From Methanoregula sp. (GTDB taxonomy: Archaea > Halobacteriota > Methanomicrobia > Methanomicrobiales > Methanospirillaceae): 64,000 bases of DNA. The stretch lies in contig JBDKTL010000037.1 of NCBI GenBank assembly GCA_039698055.1, positions 1 through 64,000 on the forward strand. The letters are read 5' to 3'. The position numbers and the translations under genes were made by a program. The stretch's first letter is position 1; every line of letters begins with the position of its first letter. The notes below the pieces were generated by a model, which searched no databases, was not told the origin of the DNA, and saw nothing but the letters and a program-made list of their open reading frames with translations. This document shows, piece by piece, positions 60,357 through 64,000 of the stretch.

Positions 60357-60630
60357 TGCCGGAAATCTTTCGGGCTGTTTTTGCGTCGCGTTTTAAGTTC
60401 CCCCGTTTACCGGCAACCGGCTTTCCCGTTTATCGTGAGCGATGACGGGACATTTTGGTTCATGGGACGGAACCGGGCCCGACACCGATACGGGCGACAG
60501 GGAAGTCAGATGATGCGAAGTGTGGGGTAACCGCATCAAAGTAAGGAGCAGGAGAGTAAAATGGGGAACTCACGATTTCAAAACCGGGCAACACGGGCAA
60601 CGTAAGGGTCATTTCCGGGATCTTTTTTCT
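60357..60630 (+). ncRNA. Candidate structured non-coding RNA (unassigned)
   Basis: TATA-like TTTTTTAA upstream, end-to-end 8-bp stem, nested stems, oligo-T end; see findings. Confidence 0.4.
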
Positions 60631-60909
60631 GTACAATTTTCTCGTAAGACTTTCCTAAAAACAGGGTACATCTGCCCGGGTTGCCCGGAATAAAAACCCT
60701 GATGGTTTCCCATGCAATGGCGATGCAGCATTGGACAATGTGGACAAAAATTTTACAATTCCCGGGATGGTTTTCCTCATAAGACTTTTCCGGAAAAAAA
60801 ATGGGGGCATATGTGACACACGTGACCTACAGGACATGGCAATCGGTATGACGCAGAATATGAGGGATGAAAAAACAATTTTTAAAAATCCCCTCGCGTT
60901 AAAAATGCA

Positions 60910-60981
60910 CGCCTCGGCCGGGATTCGAACCCGGGTCAAAAGCTCCGGAGGCTTCTAGGATGTCCACTACCCTACCGAGGC
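60910..60981 (-). tRNA. tRNA-Arg(CCG)
   Basis: GCCTCGG/CCGAGGC acceptor stem, anticodon loop CTCCGGA, GGTTCGAATCC T-arm; no intron, no encoded CCA. Confidence 0.95.
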
Positions 60982-61039
60982 CGGATTTACCTTACTTAAT
61001 CTTGTGCGCATCCTTATAAAAGAGAGGGATGGGCAAAAA

Positions 61040-62068
61040 TTATTGCTTTTTTACCTGGTACATATGCCAGATCTTGCACGCACCTTCGTGGCTCACCATA
61101 CAGGGGCCAACCGGTGTCCGGGGCGTGCAGACTTTCCCGAAAAGCTTGCAGTCCGAGGGCTCGGCAATGCCCCGGAGGACTTTGTCGCAGATGCAGGCGG
61201 AATGCTTGCTCACTTTTTTGTACACGATATTGAATTTTTTCTGGGCGTCGTACTGCTCAAATTCCGGTTTGAGCCGGAGCCCGGACGCCGGGATAACCGG
61301 GAATCCGCGCCACTCCACGTCGCACGGCTCAAAGACCTCGTACATGATCTTTTTCGCCTTGACATTTCCTTCCCGGGTGACCACCCGGGGGTAGGCATTA
61401 TCCACCCGGTGCGTTCCCTCGCGGACCTGTTCGGCCAGCATCACAAGACCAAGCAGGATATCTTCCGGTTCAAACCCGGCAACAACCTGCGGCACCGGGA
61501 ACTGTTCGTACTCCTCGTAGCCCATCACTGCACAGACATGACCCGGCAGGACAAATCCGTCCAGCTTTGCCTCGCCCTGCTGGAGCAGCCATTTCATCGC
61601 GGGGGGGACGAGCCGGTGGCAGGACAGGAGGGAGAAATTTTCTGGCGGGTTTGAAAGAATACTTGCCGCCACCGTGGGTGCGGTCGTTTCAAAACCGACA
61701 GAAATGAAGACGACTTCCTTGTCGGTCTTCTGCGCGATCTCGACGGCCTTATGGATCCCCTGCACGATTCGCACATCGCCGCCGCAGGACTCAAGGGAAC
61801 CTTTCGAACCGGGAACCCGGAGGAGATCGCCGTACGTGGCGATGATGCAGTCCTTTTCAACGAGCTCAAGCGCCGCGTCGATCTCTCCCTGCGGCGTGAT
61901 GCAGACCGGGCAGCCCGGCCCCATGACAATCTTCAGCCTTTTTGGGAGAATACTGCGCAGCCCGGTGCGGGCAATCGCAGCTTCGTGCGTACCGCAGATG
62001 TGCATGAACGTCATATCCCGGTCCACGAGCGTACGAAGTGTCAGGGCGATCTCATTTACCGCTGCCAT
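61040..62068 (-). CDS. hypD: Hydrogenase maturation protein HypD
   Basis: MHICGTHE, GPGCPVC, GFETTAP, PGHV, GPCMVSHEGAC. Confidence 0.97.
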   Translation of the reverse strand: MAAVNEIALTLRTLVDRDMTFMHICGTHEAAIARTGLRSILPKRLKIVMGPGCPVCITPQGEIDAALELVEKDCIIATYGDLLRVPGSKGSLESCGGDVRIVQGIHKAVEIAQKTDKEVVFISVGFETTAPTVAASILSNPPENFSLLSCHRLVPPAMKWLLQQGEAKLDGFVLPGHVCAVMGYEEYEQFPVPQVVAGFEPEDILLGLVMLAEQVREGTHRVDNAYPRVVTREGNVKAKKIMYEVFEPCDVEWRGFPVIPASGLRLKPEFEQYDAQKKFNIVYKKVSKHSACICDKVLRGIAEPSDCKLFGKVCTPRTPVGPCMVSHEGACKIWHMYQVKKQ

Positions 62069-62114
62069 AAAAATCTTATAGGTATTTACACGGAAATCAC
62101 ATAAGAGTACGTAT

Positions 62115-63161
62115 ATGGAAGTTGGATTCTCGGACATGAACTATATTTATGCCGTGCTGGTAATCCTCGCCGGTGTTGTCATCGCGCTCCTTGCGCGGGT
62201 TATCGTTCGCTGGCTTAAAGCAAAAGCGGATGAAACCGAAACCAAACTGGACGATATCATTATCGCTGCAATCGGAACCCCGGTCCAGGTCACCATCATA
62301 GTCATATCGGTATACATATCGCTCAAATATTTTGGCGTCCTGCCGGATAAGTACCAGTGGCTGCTTGAAGGGCGTGTCGTCACCACATTCTACGTGATCA
62401 TGGGAGCATGGATCCTTTCCTCGTTCCTTCACGATATCATCAATATCTATGGCCATGTCATTACAGAGCAGTCTGAAGGCGACTGGGACGACCGGCTCGT
62501 GGAACTGCTGTCCCTGGTAATCCGGTATATCGTCTGGTTTGCCGCCCTGATGATCATTCTTTCCGTATTCAGTGTGGATATCACCCCGTTCCTTGCCGGT
62601 GCCGGTATCGCCGGGCTGGCAGTCGCCCTCGCGGCACAGGATATCATCTCCAATTTTTTTGGCGGCGCCATCATCACGATGGACAAGCCCTTTAGGATTG
62701 GCGACCGGATCAAACTCGATTCCTTTTACGGGGATGTTGTCGGTATCGGGCCCCGCAGCACCCGGCTCAAAACAATCGACAACCAGATTGTCACTATCCC
62801 GAATAACAAGATCACCACGTCGGTTGTCATGAATTATTCCATGCCTGACCCTATGGTGAAGATGACCATCCCCGTATCGGCGGCTTATGGAAGCGACGTT
62901 GAACTGGTGAAAAAGATTCTTGTTGAGGTTGCAGAGGATGCACTCAAAAATACCGGTTTTTTTGTTGAGGAGCCAAGACCCCAGGCGTTTTTTGTCGAAT
63001 TCGGTGCGTCCGATCTCAAGTTTGTGGTCTATGTCTGGGCCCGGGCATACAATATTCCCGATGAAGTCAGGGATGCAATCAACAGCCGTGTCGACAAGCG
63101 GTTTAAGGAAGCCGGTATCGAGATCCCCTTCCAGCAGGTCGATGTCCACATGAGGACATAA
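62115..63161 (+). CDS. Small-conductance mechanosensitive channel (MscS family)
   Basis: AGLAVALAAQDIISNFFGG, KPFRIGDRI, IPNN, GIEIPF. Confidence 0.93.
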   Translation: MEVGFSDMNYIYAVLVILAGVVIALLARVIVRWLKAKADETETKLDDIIIAAIGTPVQVTIIVISVYISLKYFGVLPDKYQWLLEGRVVTTFYVIMGAWILSSFLHDIINIYGHVITEQSEGDWDDRLVELLSLVIRYIVWFAALMIILSVFSVDITPFLAGAGIAGLAVALAAQDIISNFFGGAIITMDKPFRIGDRIKLDSFYGDVVGIGPRSTRLKTIDNQIVTIPNNKITTSVVMNYSMPDPMVKMTIPVSAAYGSDVELVKKILVEVAEDALKNTGFFVEEPRPQAFFVEFGASDLKFVVYVWARAYNIPDEVRDAINSRVDKRFKEAGIEIPFQQVDVHMRT

Positions 63162-63436
63162 TTTTTTTTTTGTAATTTTTTGTTCCTTCATGAACGGTGG
63201 TATGGCAGGAAAATACCCTTCAATTCCCCGTGCCGGTTGCGATGCCGGATGAAAGCCGGGGATTCGTGCAGGCTTTGAATCACGAGGGTCATAGGGTAAC
63301 ATTGCCGGATTTAGTTTTGGATAACATTTCCGGGAGATTTTTTTTTGGTTGTCGCGGTTTTTTTCGTACCTGAAAATGTGGTGCAGGCGAAATACGAAAC
63401 CTTATTGCACCGCTCCCCATAACCCTCAAACGTAGT

Positions 63437-64000
63437 ATGTACGGTATCTCCACGCTCTGCCTGCACGACCAGCCGCTTGCTTCCGCACTGGAACAGCTAG
63501 CTGTGCTCACGGGGCACATTGAAGTGATGGACGAAGGGCAACATTTTCTGGAAACTGCCGAACCGCTCATGAGTTATTCGACTAGGTTTTCAATCCATGC
63601 ACCCTCACGGGGAACCAATATTGCAAGCCAGCTTGAGCCTATCCGTAAAGCGAGCGTTGAAGTGATGGCGCAGTGCTTTTCTGTTGCCGGCGACGTGAAT
63701 GCGGCGGTGGTCGTTCACCCGGGATATTTTGCCTGGCCAAATGAGCGGGATCATGCCCTCCGGCAACTTGCCCGGTCCATGGGGGAATTAAACCGGATTT
63801 CCGATGAACTGTCTGTCCGGTATTATATCGAAAACATGGGGAACTGGGACTATTTCTTTTTAAAAAGGCCCGAAGAACTTCCCATTATCGGCGATGCCGG
63901 ATTCGCACTCGACGTGGGCCATGCGCACCTGAATCACTGCCTTGCAGAATTCCTTACCTGTCCTGCACAGCATTACCATATCCACGATAATGATGGTACC
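63437..64000 (+). CDS. Sugar phosphate isomerase/epimerase (xylose isomerase-like TIM barrel), 3'-partial
   Basis: Hand translation MYGISTLCLHD...SIHAP...VVHPG...IENMG...LDVGHAHL...HIHDNDG; runs off window. Confidence 0.88.
   Translation, partial: MYGISTLCLHDQPLASALEQLAVLTGHIEVMDEGQHFLETAEPLMSYSTRFSIHAPSRGTNIASQLEPIRKASVEVMAQCFSVAGDVNAAVVVHPGYFAWPNERDHALRQLARSMGELNRISDELSVRYYIENMGNWDYFFLKRPEELPIIGDAGFALDVGHAHLNHCLAEFLTCPAQHYHIHDNDGT

Noticed and set aside
60357-60630. SRP (7S) RNA
   Set aside because: Size is similar and GGAGCAG is present, but the paired CAGG-N3-GNRA-N3-AGCA helix 8 is absent on both strands
58000-60910. Integrated element at tRNA-Arg
   Set aside because: No duplicated tRNA 3' end (att site) or integrase found in the window
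2472-63302. Long antisense or alternate-frame ORFs (e.g. 2472-3452, 21135-22172, 32442-33419, 39890-41386, 42855-43928, 62097-63302)
   Set aside because: Shadow ORFs of well-supported GC-rich genes; no motifs and atypical composition
1-64000. CRISPR array, cas genes, transposase, integrase or provirus
   Set aside because: No regularly spaced direct repeats and no recognisable DDE, HUH, tyrosine-recombinase or viral structural ORFs

Overview
Chromosomal region of a methanogenic archaeon. The gene set (aCPSF1, proteasome beta, CofE, ArcTGT/ArcS, archaeal RNase P RNA, DUF3821-like protein) points to Methanomicrobiales, probably Methanoregula-like; the taxonomy is an inference. About 60 CDSs are supported, mostly housekeeping: psmB-aCPSF1, Sec61beta, cofE, cimA/leuA-ilvB-ilvN, ppk1-CHAD-ppx-acr3, nfnAB, tgtA-arcS, an RNB nuclease, malic enzyme, wrbA, an ECF transporter, hypD and mscS. 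RNA genes are rnpB and tRNA-Arg(CCG). No CRISPR array, transposase or integrase was seen. Most noteworthy: (1) a four-gene vWA(TerY)-PP2C-Ser/Thr kinase-HEAT operon (34.5-38.4 kb), a TerY-P-like triad with an extra coupled gene; (2) an unannotated ~270-nt structured-RNA candidate beside the tRNA (60.36-60.63 kb) with promoter-like and terminator-like signals; (3) two copies of a ~125-bp palindromic MITE-like repeat; (4) a stand-alone caspase/CHAT-like protein; (5) tandem PH-like/TM/beta-domain paralogues; (6) an AT-rich in-frame segment and a structured leader at an ECF S component. All family calls come from motif recognition by eye; no database searches were run. Several start codons were adjusted by hand relative to the ORF track.
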